Assembly (NCBI GenBank): GCA_030600525.1
Contig: JAUVLX010000001.1
Span: forward strand, 1 to 37,305
DNA: 37,305 bases
Source: Desulfobulbus sp.
GTDB lineage: Bacteria > Desulfobacterota > Desulfobulbia > Desulfobulbales > Desulfobulbaceae
Direction of reading: 5' to 3'
Below are positions 7,346-17,287 of this stretch, one piece after another (position 1 is the first letter of the stretch; every line of letters starts with the position of its first letter). The notes under the pieces were generated by a model. The model saw only the letters and a list, made by a program, of their open reading frames with translations, was not told the origin of the DNA and ran no database searches. A program made the position numbers and the translations under genes.

Positions 7346-10300
7346 AATATTTTTCCGTTTTGCACCCACTACAGCCAGACCAATGAAAGCGAGGACAACT
7401 AAACTTGCCAGCCATTCAACCCCGGATGAGGTCATTTCTGTAGTTGTATCCTGGGTGTCCATTTTTTCCATCTTGTAACCCTCTACAGTAGAGGTATTTT
7501 CGTCGCTTGGTGCTGTTGTGTTATTTTTTGCTGCCTGGACAGTAGATTCCTGTGTGGGTGCGGTCAGCTGCTGTTGGAGATGCTGCCGTTTTTCCACCTG
7601 TTCGGCAAGCGTTTTACCCGCCATTTTTTCAATTGCTATCTTGAAAGCCTCCACCATATCCGGGCTTAACACGCCGGGCAGGGAAATAATGGAAACCACC
7701 ATCTGGTTGAGCAGAGGATTGTTGCAGGTATGTTCGCAACAGGCAACCCCTTTTTCGACCACGGAAACGGCATAGTCGACAGCAAGTTTCTTTTTAACCG
7801 CCTCTTCCGGATTCCAGTATGCTTTGCGGATGCTTTCCAGCATTCGAGAAGTGATGGATTGATGGGCCCAGGGGGAAGCCTGATTGAAAAATTGTTTGAG
7901 GGCGAGATCGTATTTGTCTTCCACGTAGACTTCATAGCTTTGCTGCCATTTGGCAGCATCGATTTTATCCGGTGTGGTTACCTGCCAGCCCCAGAGATAT
8001 TCCACATAATTGGCCATTTCCCTGGCACCTGCATACCCTTCTTTTTTCATGCCCTCAATCCAGTGTGGATTAAGATATCTGCTGCGAATTTCTCTGCCCA
8101 GAGTTTTGGCAACATCCTCCACCTCTACCTGGCCTGGTTGTTGCTGGCGGGTCACCATTGTTTTTGGAGCGCGGCCTGAAAGGTGACGGATTGCCATGGA
8201 TAATCCGCCGAGGTATTGGTAAAAATCATCGTTGTCAAGCAGGCCGTACACATTGGAGGAACGGGAATGCAAAGCTATATCAACGCCTTTGAGCTGCTCC
8301 TTAAGCAGCTGTGGGGCAGAAAAACCCCAGTGCTTTTCGCCAAAGGCAAAAGCGGTTCGCTTTGTAAAAACATCTACAATTTCCTGTTCACTTTCCCATA
8401 TCCCCGAGGCCGCCGCCATCTCCGAAACACCGTTGCCGTAGCTTCCCGGGGTTTCAGAAAAAATGCGCAGTCGGCTGTATTCCTCTGCTGCCTGTTCATT
8501 CATCCCCTGGTCCTGGAGTATCTGTTTCAGCTTGTGGGTATTGTTTCGAACCAGATTGTCGATGTCGGTTTGTCTAATGGCAAGTTGAACCCCTTGGTCG
8601 ATCAACAACATCTTGTCCGGAAAGAGGTCACGATAGAGGCCTGAAGCGTTCACCATAATATCAATACGGGGTCGTCCAAGTTCTCTGGATGGGATAACCT
8701 CCACCCCTGTTACTCTTCCACCACTGGACCAGGTGGGCCTGATGCCCATCAGGTAAAGGACGGTTGATTCGTTAACGCCTTCATTACGCAGGGTTTCGGT
8801 GGCCCATAACACCACTGCCACCTTGTTGGGATAGGTGTGCGTTGTCTGTACATGTTCTGCTATGAGCTCTTCAGCGGCTCTTTTCCCTAGTTCCCAGGCA
8901 GCAGGCGTCGGAAGTCTTTGCGGACTGTGGCCGTAAAAGTTGTTCCCCGTAGGCAGGGCATTGGGATTACGGATGGGATCGTTCCCTTCGCCAGGGGAGA
9001 CATATCGTCCAGCAAGGCCTTTGAGCAAGGCCGTGATTTCAGCCTTGCCTGAAGCCTGGAGTCTGGCTGCGATATCGTCGCTTTGCTCGTCGGGGTGGTG
9101 TTTGATGACGCTTTTGGCAGTTTCTGCAGCGGCCTCGGCATCAAGGCCTGTACCAAAGTGATGCATGCCGTAGGGCATGAGGTTTGCTTTGATTTCTTCT
9201 AGATAGTGGCCCAACAGGTGAACCTGTTCGTCCTGCTCATCTTGGTGCTGATCATGAGGGATCGCTGCACTAGAGTCATGAGAGTCATGATCGTGTTGCT
9301 GTTGACTGTCTGACGCAATATCCTTCATGATTCCGGTGCTGTCGACCAGATCCATCAGTTCTGCATACTTTACCGGAGCTGTATCGCTTGCCCTTGCCCT
9401 GGCGAGTTCATATTCGTTTATCAGCTCTGCCATGCGGCTGTATTCCTGGTGGAGACCGGCTTCTTTTAAGGGCGGCGTAAGGTGGGAGATAATCACCCCC
9501 CGTCCTCTGCGTTTTGCCTGAATGCCTTCGCCAAGATTATCAACGATATAGGGGTACAGGTTAGGGATGTCAGCAATCAGTATTTCCGGAGAGCAGGCGG
9601 GTGACAACCCTGCTTGTTTGCCTGGGGTCCATTCATAGGTGGCATGGGTACCGAGGTGGATCATGGCATCTGCCTTGAAACCGTGGGCAAGCCACAGGTA
9701 GACTGCCAGGTACTGGTGGTGGGGGAAAATGGTGGTATCGTGATAGAGTTTCATCGGGTCATCGCTGAGACCTCGTACCGGTTCCGGCAGCAGCACCATA
9801 TTGCCCAGTTGCACCGCCGGAATAAGGAAATTGTCGCCATCGATCATGAGTGGTGTGTCTTCGGGTTGCCCCCACTGGCTGGTAACTTTATTCTGAAACT
9901 CTTGGGGCAGTTGTTTGAACCAGTTTTTGTATTGCTGTATGGGAAGTCTGACGACCTGTGACGACTGGAGCAGTTTTTCTAATTCTCCCGGAGCCCAGGA
10001 ACCAATATTCCGGGCTGAGGTCATAATCAGCTCTTTGATTGTTGCTTTATCCGGGACCTTGCCCACCATGTAGCCTTCGGTGGCTAGAGCAGAAAGGATG
10101 TTTTCCAGGCTGGCAAACACATTGAGATAGGAGGCGCCGATATTTTGTTTTCCCTGGTGGTGGTTATAAAAGAGAACGGCGACTTTTTTTTCATGGTTTG
10201 CCATTTGCTGGAGGGCGATCCAGTTTGTGATTCGGGGAATGAGTCGGGCAATGTTTTCTTTAATGGGCTGGCTGAGGTAGTAAGATTTACCCGTGTCAGG

Positions 10301-11293
10301 ATCACGGACCTGTTCTTTGGCAGCCAGCGGGGTTGGCTCAATCAGTCCTGATATCTCCGGGGTGGCAATGGTCCAGGTAACCTCATTGCCGCCTATACCT
10401 ATGGGGCTTTGTCGCCACTGGTCCAGTGTATCTTGGTAGAGGTTGATCCCGTTGATAATCGGGACGCTGAGCTGGCCGAGTAAGGCGGCCAGTTTATCTG
10501 TGAGAGCAGAATAAAATTTAAGGGAAAGGGCCACAATCAGATCAACCTGGGCTTTGCCTTGGTCATCAAGGAGAAATCTTTCAATCACCTCCTGATCTTT
10601 GCCAAAGCAGGGCACAGGGGTAAAACCGGCTGCCTCTAGTTGTTTGATCAGAAACCATATTGGTTGTTTCTGACCAGGGGTGAGCGATGAAGAGAAAAAG
10701 AGCAAGCCGACCCTGGGTTTTTGCGGAGAAAAGTCTGGGCGTGTTTCCTGCCACTGGAGGTATTGTTGCAATGATGTGAAGGGTGCCGGGGCATCTGGAT
10801 GATAGATTCCCAGCTGCACCTGTTTTTGCACCGGAGCAAAAGAAATGGAGGGGTCAAAGTGACGATGGGCCACCAGCAACAACATGTTGCGCAGGTTATG
10901 TATGCTGAGATGGCTGAAGTACTCAGCAAGTTGTTTGTCAAAAATAAAACCCAGCTTTTTAAGGGGCTCATCGTCTATGGAACTTCGCAGGGCGTAGATT
11001 GTTTTGCCTTGGAGCTCTATATGGTTTTTTAGATATTCTTCCAGCTCCCGGCCCATGACGTCGACAATGATAACCTTTGATTGGTTTATAGCTGTCTCCA
11101 GCGTTTTGTCGTCGGGCTGTATTTCTCCGGCAGATATAACCTGGATGTCCACCTCAATATCAAGTCCTTTTACTGCCTGGTTGGCGATATAGGAATCACC
11201 GTCAATGACCATCAGGGTCAGGTCTGCTGCCATCAGCAGACCTGGGAAGAAGAGAGCAAACAGAAGAGCGGGCAGGGCTTTCAGAGATGTCAT
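7343..11293 (-). CDS. cobN: CobN/BchH-family chelatase subunit, exported HmuS/BtuS-like type
   Basis: 'EKKVAVLFYN', 'PHHQYLAVY.WL', 'HLGTHATYEWTPGK', 'GRPRID', 'SGLYRDLF', 'RYLNPHWIEGMKKEGYAGA'. Has an N-terminal signal peptide and a C-terminal TM helix. Confidence 0.92.
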   Translation of the reverse strand: MTSLKALPALLFALFFPGLLMAADLTLMVIDGDSYIANQAVKGLDIEVDIQVISAGEIQPDDKTLETAINQSKVIIVDVMGRELEEYLKNHIELQGKTIYALRSSIDDEPLKKLGFIFDKQLAEYFSHLSIHNLRNMLLLVAHRHFDPSISFAPVQKQVQLGIYHPDAPAPFTSLQQYLQWQETRPDFSPQKPRVGLLFFSSSLTPGQKQPIWFLIKQLEAAGFTPVPCFGKDQEVIERFLLDDQGKAQVDLIVALSLKFYSALTDKLAALLGQLSVPIINGINLYQDTLDQWRQSPIGIGGNEVTWTIATPEISGLIEPTPLAAKEQVRDPDTGKSYYLSQPIKENIARLIPRITNWIALQQMANHEKKVAVLFYNHHQGKQNIGASYLNVFASLENILSALATEGYMVGKVPDKATIKELIMTSARNIGSWAPGELEKLLQSSQVVRLPIQQYKNWFKQLPQEFQNKVTSQWGQPEDTPLMIDGDNFLIPAVQLGNMVLLPEPVRGLSDDPMKLYHDTTIFPHHQYLAVYLWLAHGFKADAMIHLGTHATYEWTPGKQAGLSPACSPEILIADIPNLYPYIVDNLGEGIQAKRRGRGVIISHLTPPLKEAGLHQEYSRMAELINEYELARARASDTAPVKYAELMDLVDSTGIMKDIASDSQQQHDHDSHDSSAAIPHDQHQDEQDEQVHLLGHYLEEIKANLMPYGMHHFGTGLDAEAAAETAKSVIKHHPDEQSDDIAARLQASGKAEITALLKGLAGRYVSPGEGNDPIRNPNALPTGNNFYGHSPQRLPTPAAWELGKRAAEELIAEHVQTTHTYPNKVAVVLWATETLRNEGVNESTVLYLMGIRPTWSSGGRVTGVEVIPSRELGRPRIDIMVNASGLYRDLFPDKMLLIDQGVQLAIRQTDIDNLVRNNTHKLKQILQDQGMNEQAAEEYSRLRIFSETPGSYGNGVSEMAAASGIWESEQEIVDVFTKRTAFAFGEKHWGFSAPQLLKEQLKGVDIALHSRSSNVYGLLDNDDFYQYLGGLSMAIRHLSGRAPKTMVTRQQQPGQVEVEDVAKTLGREIRSRYLNPHWIEGMKKEGYAGAREMANYVEYLWGWQVTTPDKIDAAKWQQSYEVYVEDKYDLALKQFFNQASPWAHQSITSRMLESIRKAYWNPEEAVKKKLAVDYAVSVVEKGVACCEHTCNNPLLNQMVVSIISLPGVLSPDMVEAFKIAIEKMAGKTLAEQVEKRQHLQQQLTAPTQESTVQAAKNNTTAPSDENTSTVEGYKMEKMDTQDTTTEMTSSGVEWLASLVVLAFIGLAVVGAKRKNI

Positions 11294-13305
11294 TGTACCA
11301 TTCTTGCCTGGGCACCTGCCAGGAGTGCTGCCAGTCCTTTGGCTGTAATCTGCGGTAGGTTATCCGGGATAAAAGGTTTGAGCTGTACGTCTATTCCTCC
11401 GGCTAGTTCAGAAGCTGTCATTTCTGTCCATGCGTCAATGCTGCCGGTATCTTGAAGTATGCCCCGTTCCGCATCATCGCTGATGACCAGGATTGCCTTC
11501 AGGAAATCCGCATACCTGGGCTCGAGCAGGATACGTTCCATCTCTGCACGCAGAAGAGGGGCCTGCTCTGGTTTTACGGCTTTGCTACATAGACTGTGCA
11601 GGCTTATTCTACGTTCCTTTAATCGTTGAAAAATGGAGCGTCCTGCAGTCAGGCCGTTTTGCAGATGCACAGCTTCCTGCACCCCGGCATACACGGACCG
11701 AGCGATCAGCTCGCCCATTTTGGTATGGCCTCCGGTGGAATCAATGGGATAGCCTTCACCCTGGACAACTAAAACATTATCGGTCCCTGTTCCGGTTGCT
11801 TGATTCACCTGTGGTGAGTAGCTGGAGCGAATGTCCAGATCCTGCAGAGCTGCTGATTTGGCTTCGGTTGCACTGATAAGAGCCCTGGTCATGGCTCTTG
11901 GAGAGAGCTCCATGTTGGTGAGGAGCAGGATGTTGATAGTACCCGGCTTGTGTTTTTCTGCTTGTCCCTGTTCATAAAAGGAACCGGAATCTTTACCCAT
12001 CCTGACACTGTTGCTGTTAACACCAGCGGTGACCAGGGCGGTGACTTCCATCTCTTTGAAGCGCTGTGTTGCCACCGAGAGGTTGTCCATATTGGCACCA
12101 GTAAAAAGGAGGGAAGTGGTATCGTCAGGCAGGTGCAGTGTTTGTAAGGTGTCTTCGCGCAGCGCCGCCAAACCTTGTCTGTGGCCGAGTCCCCAGGACG
12201 GTGGTGGAAAATAGTGGTTGGCAACAGTGGTGATCCCTTCCTTCTCTCCTTCCAGAGTGGAGACGACACTCATGGGAAGCTTAAAAGTAACAGCGAGCGT
12301 TTTATTCCGAAAATCCTTGATATCTGTCTCAATGATTTCTGCTTTTTGTACATAGTCAAGATCAAGTGCCAGTGCTTTGGTGCTGACGACTTCCTGTGGC
12401 AGGACAAAATTGTGTTCGTCGCTGAACTCCTGATTGTAGATACGAGCAGCTAACCAGGAAACAAAGTATCCTGTGTGGGTGGCAGCTCTGCAGGTGAGAT
12501 CACAGGGAAAGAAAAAAACCTTATGGTTTTTTACCGCATCCACCTCGTTCCATCCGGGACTATCGAGGATGCTCATGGTAGAGCGATCACCACCGCAGCC
12601 ATAAAGGACCTGTGGGTTGAACTCTTGCCACTGCTCCAAGGTGACCGGAACAATACTACCATTTTTATGCCATGTCGGCGCGATGCCTCCTGCAGCAGTG
12701 ATAAATTCATTTTGAAATGAGTCGTCTCCGGGAGCCATGACCGTTTTTCTCCCCATGAGCCGCATCACCCGCTGCCGTTTTATCTGTGGAATTTTATCAA
12801 TTTTATCGGCTATGACCTTCAATTGTTCCATTTGCCGTCTGATTATTTTTTCAGCTTCCTTTTCTTTGTCAAACAGGCGGCCAAGGAGTCTGATCTGGGC
12901 AAAACTTTCATCAATGGAGGCGGGAGAGAGCTGGATCATGGCTGCTTTGCCGGTAAATTGTTTGCGGACTCCCTGCTGTAGGTCGGCGTAAAAAATAAGG
13001 TCCGGTTCAAGGGAAGCTGCCTTGTCCAGATCGGGATTGAAAAAGCCGCCAACAACCGGAATCGCACTGCTTTGAGAGGGCAGAACCGAATGATAGGTTA
13101 TGCCACGTACCACATCTGCAGCACCTAGACGCAGCAGAATTTCTGTTATCGAGGGTACTAGGGAGACCACTCGCTGTGGTGGCGCCTCTATGGAAATTGT
13201 ATTGTCGCCTGAATCGGTAAAAGAAAAGGGAAATGCCGCTGTCTGTGCGCTTCCAGGGAAAAGGAGAAACATCATAATGAGTATGCCGACAGTTTTTTTC
13301 ATCAT
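11290..13305 (-). CDS. cbiZ: Fusion of BtuF-like binding domain and adenosylcobinamide amidohydrolase CbiZ
   Basis: N-half: signal peptide, 'PQRVVSLVPSITEIL'. C-half: 'LLFTGANMDN', 'VTAGV.SN', 'PGTINILL', 'ATEAKSAALQDL', 'ATGTGTD', 'GGHTKMGELI'. Confidence 0.88.
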   Translation of the reverse strand: MMKKTVGILIMMFLLFPGSAQTAAFPFSFTDSGDNTISIEAPPQRVVSLVPSITEILLRLGAADVVRGITYHSVLPSQSSAIPVVGGFFNPDLDKAASLEPDLIFYADLQQGVRKQFTGKAAMIQLSPASIDESFAQIRLLGRLFDKEKEAEKIIRRQMEQLKVIADKIDKIPQIKRQRVMRLMGRKTVMAPGDDSFQNEFITAAGGIAPTWHKNGSIVPVTLEQWQEFNPQVLYGCGGDRSTMSILDSPGWNEVDAVKNHKVFFFPCDLTCRAATHTGYFVSWLAARIYNQEFSDEHNFVLPQEVVSTKALALDLDYVQKAEIIETDIKDFRNKTLAVTFKLPMSVVSTLEGEKEGITTVANHYFPPPSWGLGHRQGLAALREDTLQTLHLPDDTTSLLFTGANMDNLSVATQRFKEMEVTALVTAGVNSNSVRMGKDSGSFYEQGQAEKHKPGTINILLLTNMELSPRAMTRALISATEAKSAALQDLDIRSSYSPQVNQATGTGTDNVLVVQGEGYPIDSTGGHTKMGELIARSVYAGVQEAVHLQNGLTAGRSIFQRLKERRISLHSLCSKAVKPEQAPLLRAEMERILLEPRYADFLKAILVISDDAERGILQDTGSIDAWTEMTASELAGGIDVQLKPFIPDNLPQITAKGLAALLAGAQARMVQ

Positions 13306-13368
13306 TTGTTGTTGGTTCGGGTTATTTTTTGGTCACGGATGCAGTCTGTTACTGCAGGCCAGGCGAAT

Positions 13369-13737
13369 TTATTGACGGATGTTGTCAGTGGCGGGATTTT
13401 CTTTTTCCGGGACATACACCATGGATCCATTTTTTAGTCGGTAAGCAACGCCAAGGCGCTGTCCTTCGCCTTTGGCCGTGTCCTTGGTCACTTTTATCGC
13501 TTCAATTTTTGTCCCTTTTTTGGTGATGATCTCCATCTCACCATTACTCGACTCTTTGGTTATAGTCACTTGGGAATCCTGACGAAGCAGGTCTTCGAGG
13601 TGGTAGGTGCCAAAGAGGGCGAGGAGGAGGCCGACAATAAAGACTAGACCCAGGTCAAAAAGGTTGGCAACTCCTGTCAATGGGTCGTTATCAGACAGCC
13701 CTGAGCCTCTGTTCTGTGTTCGCTGAAAATATTTCAT
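13369..13737 (-). CDS. DUF2149 protein (ExbD-like, HmuV-like)
   Basis: 'DPLTGVANLFDLGLVF' and C-terminal 'GEGQRLGVAYRLKNGSMVYVPE'. Confidence 0.88.
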   Translation of the reverse strand: MKYFQRTQNRGSGLSDNDPLTGVANLFDLGLVFIVGLLLALFGTYHLEDLLRQDSQVTITKESSNGEMEIITKKGTKIEAIKVTKDTAKGEGQRLGVAYRLKNGSMVYVPEKENPATDNIRQ

Positions 13738-14342
13738 CCTGCTTCATCCAGCTTTTTTTCATAGTCGCCCATGATGATTTCAGCAGCCAGTTCCATGTTC
13801 TTCACGTCTTCTTCTGCCCAGCGTCGTTGCACGGTGAAGAAGAAATAGCTGACCAGTCCCAACGTCATCCCTACCACTGTGGTGGTAAAGGCAATCACCA
13901 AGTCTCCGGAAAGACGGGTCAGGTCACCCTGGCTGAGTGCCGCAAGCCCGGTTCCCATGGGAATGAGGGTGCCTATTAAACCAAGTCCTGGGCCGATTCT
14001 GACCAGTATTTTTAGCCGGTCCAGTGATTTCCACATCCGGTGTTCTTTGTCACGAAGCAGGTGCATCACTGCTAGTTCTGCATGGGGTTGTCTGGGGAGT
14101 TCCATAAGCTGTTGACAGCATTGGCAAACAGCCGGTGGGAAGTTGGAGAAGCTCTGGTTGGTCAGGGAGAGCAGGGGGTCTGTGAATTTATCCAACCGTT
14201 TGCGGGTCAGCCACAGTCCGAAAAAGCTACCGCTGTACATGATTAGCCACAGGATAAGGGCTGACAAAAGGAAGAGGACCGGAGTGAGCAGGGATGAGGA
14301 AACAAGATAGATAAACGATTTAAAGAGTGCTGTTATTTCCAT
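13734..14342 (-). CDS. MotA/TolQ/ExbB family protein (HmuU-like)
   Basis: 'RIGPGLGLIGTLIPMGTGLAALSQGD...LVIAFTTTVVG'. Confidence 0.88.
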   Translation of the reverse strand: MEITALFKSFIYLVSSSLLTPVLFLLSALILWLIMYSGSFFGLWLTRKRLDKFTDPLLSLTNQSFSNFPPAVCQCCQQLMELPRQPHAELAVMHLLRDKEHRMWKSLDRLKILVRIGPGLGLIGTLIPMGTGLAALSQGDLTRLSGDLVIAFTTTVVGMTLGLVSYFFFTVQRRWAEEDVKNMELAAEIIMGDYEKKLDEAG

Positions 14343-15088
14343 GCTCTTACCTGCATTCGTGTTGCGTCCTTGTTTGTTTTTGAGCTGTAGCTGCTGAACA
14401 ACCCTCCTGAAAAGGCTATTCCAAGCACCACCGGCAACCAGGGGGGGGATTGATGATTGAGCGGAGCAGTGCCGGATTTGCTGAGCCTGTAGATTCTGTT
14501 GATGTCACTAAACTGGGGGACAACCAGGATGGTCAGTAGAAAATAGAGTGCTGTCAAGACCATTAAGGTACCAAGGCCATGAACTGGCTCACTGTTCGTC
14601 ATCCAGCTGACAACTAATCCGCTGATACAACTGACAGCCAAAAAACCGAGGTAAAGCCAGACAAAAACCCAGGGAGTCTCTGGATATAAAGCGTGCATAA
14701 AACCACCGCTGAAAAGGATTACAGAAAAACAGACCGGACATGGCAGGGAGAGCAATATCCAGCCCGAGCTTTTTGTACGTTTTTTTGGTGGCCGTTTTAA
14801 AAGTGCCGCCCCCCAGAGGAGGAGGAGGGCGGCAAGGAGACAATGGAGGGTCATTCCGTTTTGAAGAAACAGCATGAACTCCTCCAGGTGCTCCATCAGG
14901 TTGCCCTGACGGATGAGGAACCAGGCAAGCAGGAAGGACAGAAGATAGCTTGCCTGGCAACAGCAGAGAATTACCCATCGTTTGGGGCCTGTTTCCTGCT
15001 GGATGAGAGAGGCGAGGCCGGCCCCGCTTTTAACCGCAAAAATACCCAGTGAAAATGCGAGGCCGAGCAGCAGTGATTTTAACTCCAC
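14333..15088 (-). CDS. DUF2162-like multi-pass membrane protein, putative transporter (HmuT-like)
   Basis: About 7 hydrophobic segments, 'FAVKSGAG', 'PCPVC' motif; lies upstream of the ExbB-like/DUF2149 pair. Confidence 0.8.
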   Translation of the reverse strand: MELKSLLLGLAFSLGIFAVKSGAGLASLIQQETGPKRWVILCCCQASYLLSFLLAWFLIRQGNLMEHLEEFMLFLQNGMTLHCLLAALLLLWGAALLKRPPKKRTKSSGWILLSLPCPVCFSVILFSGGFMHALYPETPWVFVWLYLGFLAVSCISGLVVSWMTNSEPVHGLGTLMVLTALYFLLTILVVPQFSDINRIYRLSKSGTAPLNHQSPPWLPVVLGIAFSGGLFSSYSSKTNKDATRMQVRAWK

Positions 15089-17070
15089 TAATAATCCCAG
15101 CGGAGTCCGAGAAACCAGTTGATACCAGGCATGGGATACCCTTTCACATAGGCATATTCTTCGTCAAAAAGATTACGAACTTCGCCGCGCAGGGTGAATG
15201 TCCCATAGGTATCAGACTCAAGAAAACGATACGAGGCAACGAGATCGGCGACAGTGGATGAGTCAAGTTCTACAACCGGTGTCGGGTAATTCCCAGACTC
15301 GTAGTCATTGACGTCTTGCTTACCGGCGTAAACAACGTTAAATCGAACAAACGTACCCGCGCCATTGTTTACAACAAGGCCTGCAGAGAGGTTGGTGCCA
15401 TTTACATAGAGGAGGTCCTCACCGGTTTGGTCATCCTCATACTTGGTGAGAATAGTCATGCCGAGATATGGCTTGACTTCCCAGCTCCAACCCATAGGTT
15501 CTCCTACGTCATAACTGATTTCGCCCTCAAAGCCGGCTATGGTCGCATCGCCAAGATTTTTCCAGGTAGTAGACCCGTCCACAAGATAATCAGTGGTAAT
15601 TTTATCCTCAAAGTCGGTGTAGAAATAGGTCAGGGACGCATTAAGACTTTTGTGCGCAAAGTCCAAACCACCTTCATAGGTATTACTCTTTTCCGGATCG
15701 AGGTCGGGGTTGCCCACAGTTCTTGTACCAAAGCTGGTGAAGTCAGCTGCTAACTGGTCGGCAGAGGGCATTGTAAACGCCTCTGCATACTGGGCACGGA
15801 GTTTAAGCCCGTCGGTAATCATCCAGGCAAGGCCGATCTGCGGTGTCAGTCGGGTTTGATCTTCGTCTCTGCCCGCTGGTTCCTTAACCTCAACATCGTA
15901 CCAGTCGTAACGCAGCCCAATATTTGCGGTGATCGCGTCATCGGCAAAACTGGTTTTACCTAACAGAAATAATGCAGGATTGGTGTAGGTGGTTTTTGTT
16001 GGAGTCCAAGTGTTTTCCACATCATAATCGAGCCAGTCAAAGCCTGCCGTAAGGGTGGCAATATCAAATGTTCCAGTTACCTGAGCCTGGGCTCCCTGCT
16101 GATCGGTTTTGTTGGAAGAATCAATGCCGTCATCCCAGCCGGATGCATTGGAAGCGGTAGGATTCTTCCATGTGTTTTCATCCTTACCGAAAAAATAACG
16201 AACCATCCATTGGTACTGACTAGTATCAGTACCACCGTTAAATTTGGTATCGATGGAATAATTTTCCTTGTCAGTAGTGTTATCAAGGTCGGGATTGCTG
16301 AAATAACCAGGATTACCAGCATCATCTGCATCAAAGCGGGTGAAAATTACCCCCAGTCGATTGGTATCAGAAAAGGAGTAACCAAGATTCGCACTTATTC
16401 CTGTTTCATAGTTATTTCCTGTGTTCTCAAATCGGTCACCGCTTCCTGTGTCATAATCTCCTTCGGTTCTGTAGGTATAACTCCCTGCAAAATCAAAGGC
16501 GTTTTGCTTAACAGTCCCACCAATGGAGCCTTCTCCTGTATCAAAGCCGCCCCCACCAGCTTCCACAAAAGCACTGTTGAGCTCACCTTGTCGGGTGATG
16601 ATATTCACAACACCTCCCATGCCTGCAGACCCATACTGTACTGCTCCCGGTCCACGGATTATCTCGATCCGTTCAACATTTTTGGTCATCAGTTTGGCAA
16701 CATTACCTGTACCGGCACGTCGACCGTCCAGTAAAATAAGGACATGGCCCTGCAAGTCGTTACCATGAGTATCTGTACGAAACCCTCTAAGGCCTATGGA
16801 AGTAAGGTTGCCCGGATATTTCTGGACGTGGCCAAGCCCTTTTTCCGCAAGCAGGTCGGCGACATTACGGCTAGGGGATTGCTCGATTTCTTCTCGGTTG
16901 ACGACGGTGAGATTTACGCTGATTTGTTTTTTGGTTTCAGCGCTACGGCTGGCTGTAACAACAACCTCATCCATAATGGTCGGTTGCGAGGGGGCCTCTG
17001 CGCTTATACCCGCTTGAGCATGCAGGCAGGAAAGGATGGGAATCAGTAGAGCGGAATAATACTTTTTCAT
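15088..17070 (-). CDS. TonB-dependent outer membrane receptor (BtuB-like)
   Basis: TonB box 'DEVVVTASR', plug 'ERIEIIRGPGAVQYG', 'NLFDEEY', terminal aromatic residue. ATG at 17070 has an AAGGAG RBS; the ORF-track start at 17145 lies inside the attenuator. Confidence 0.92.
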   Translation of the reverse strand: MKKYYSALLIPILSCLHAQAGISAEAPSQPTIMDEVVVTASRSAETKKQISVNLTVVNREEIEQSPSRNVADLLAEKGLGHVQKYPGNLTSIGLRGFRTDTHGNDLQGHVLILLDGRRAGTGNVAKLMTKNVERIEIIRGPGAVQYGSAGMGGVVNIITRQGELNSAFVEAGGGGFDTGEGSIGGTVKQNAFDFAGSYTYRTEGDYDTGSGDRFENTGNNYETGISANLGYSFSDTNRLGVIFTRFDADDAGNPGYFSNPDLDNTTDKENYSIDTKFNGGTDTSQYQWMVRYFFGKDENTWKNPTASNASGWDDGIDSSNKTDQQGAQAQVTGTFDIATLTAGFDWLDYDVENTWTPTKTTYTNPALFLLGKTSFADDAITANIGLRYDWYDVEVKEPAGRDEDQTRLTPQIGLAWMITDGLKLRAQYAEAFTMPSADQLAADFTSFGTRTVGNPDLDPEKSNTYEGGLDFAHKSLNASLTYFYTDFEDKITTDYLVDGSTTWKNLGDATIAGFEGEISYDVGEPMGWSWEVKPYLGMTILTKYEDDQTGEDLLYVNGTNLSAGLVVNNGAGTFVRFNVVYAGKQDVNDYESGNYPTPVVELDSSTVADLVASYRFLESDTYGTFTLRGEVRNLFDEEYAYVKGYPMPGINWFLGLRWDY

Positions 17071-17107
17071 TGCTATCTTTTCTCCTTTTAAGAACGAGTG
17101 CCCGGAG

Positions 17108-17158
17108 AAAAATAAAAAAAAATCCCCGGACCAATTATCTTTCAATTGATCCGGGGAT
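17108..17158 (-). terminator. Intrinsic terminator (riboswitch attenuator)
   Basis: Minus strand reads ATCCCCGGATCAATTG-aaaga-TAATTGGTCCGGGGAT followed by a long T tract, in the leader of the receptor gene. Confidence 0.85.
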
Positions 17159-17287
17159 GCCCTGATTTAAATCCGCAGATGCCTTGGAATCTCTTGTCCA
17201 CGGAGATCCAGGAAACATGGAAGCCATTTGGGTAATGGCTGGGTATGGCGTGCTTCCATGCGGTACATTTGTTTTTAGTACCTTTTT

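Noticed and set aside
17071-17145. N-terminal extension of the TonB-dependent receptor in the ORF track
   Set aside because: Starts inside the attenuator hairpin; ATG 17070 has the RBS and begins the signal peptide.
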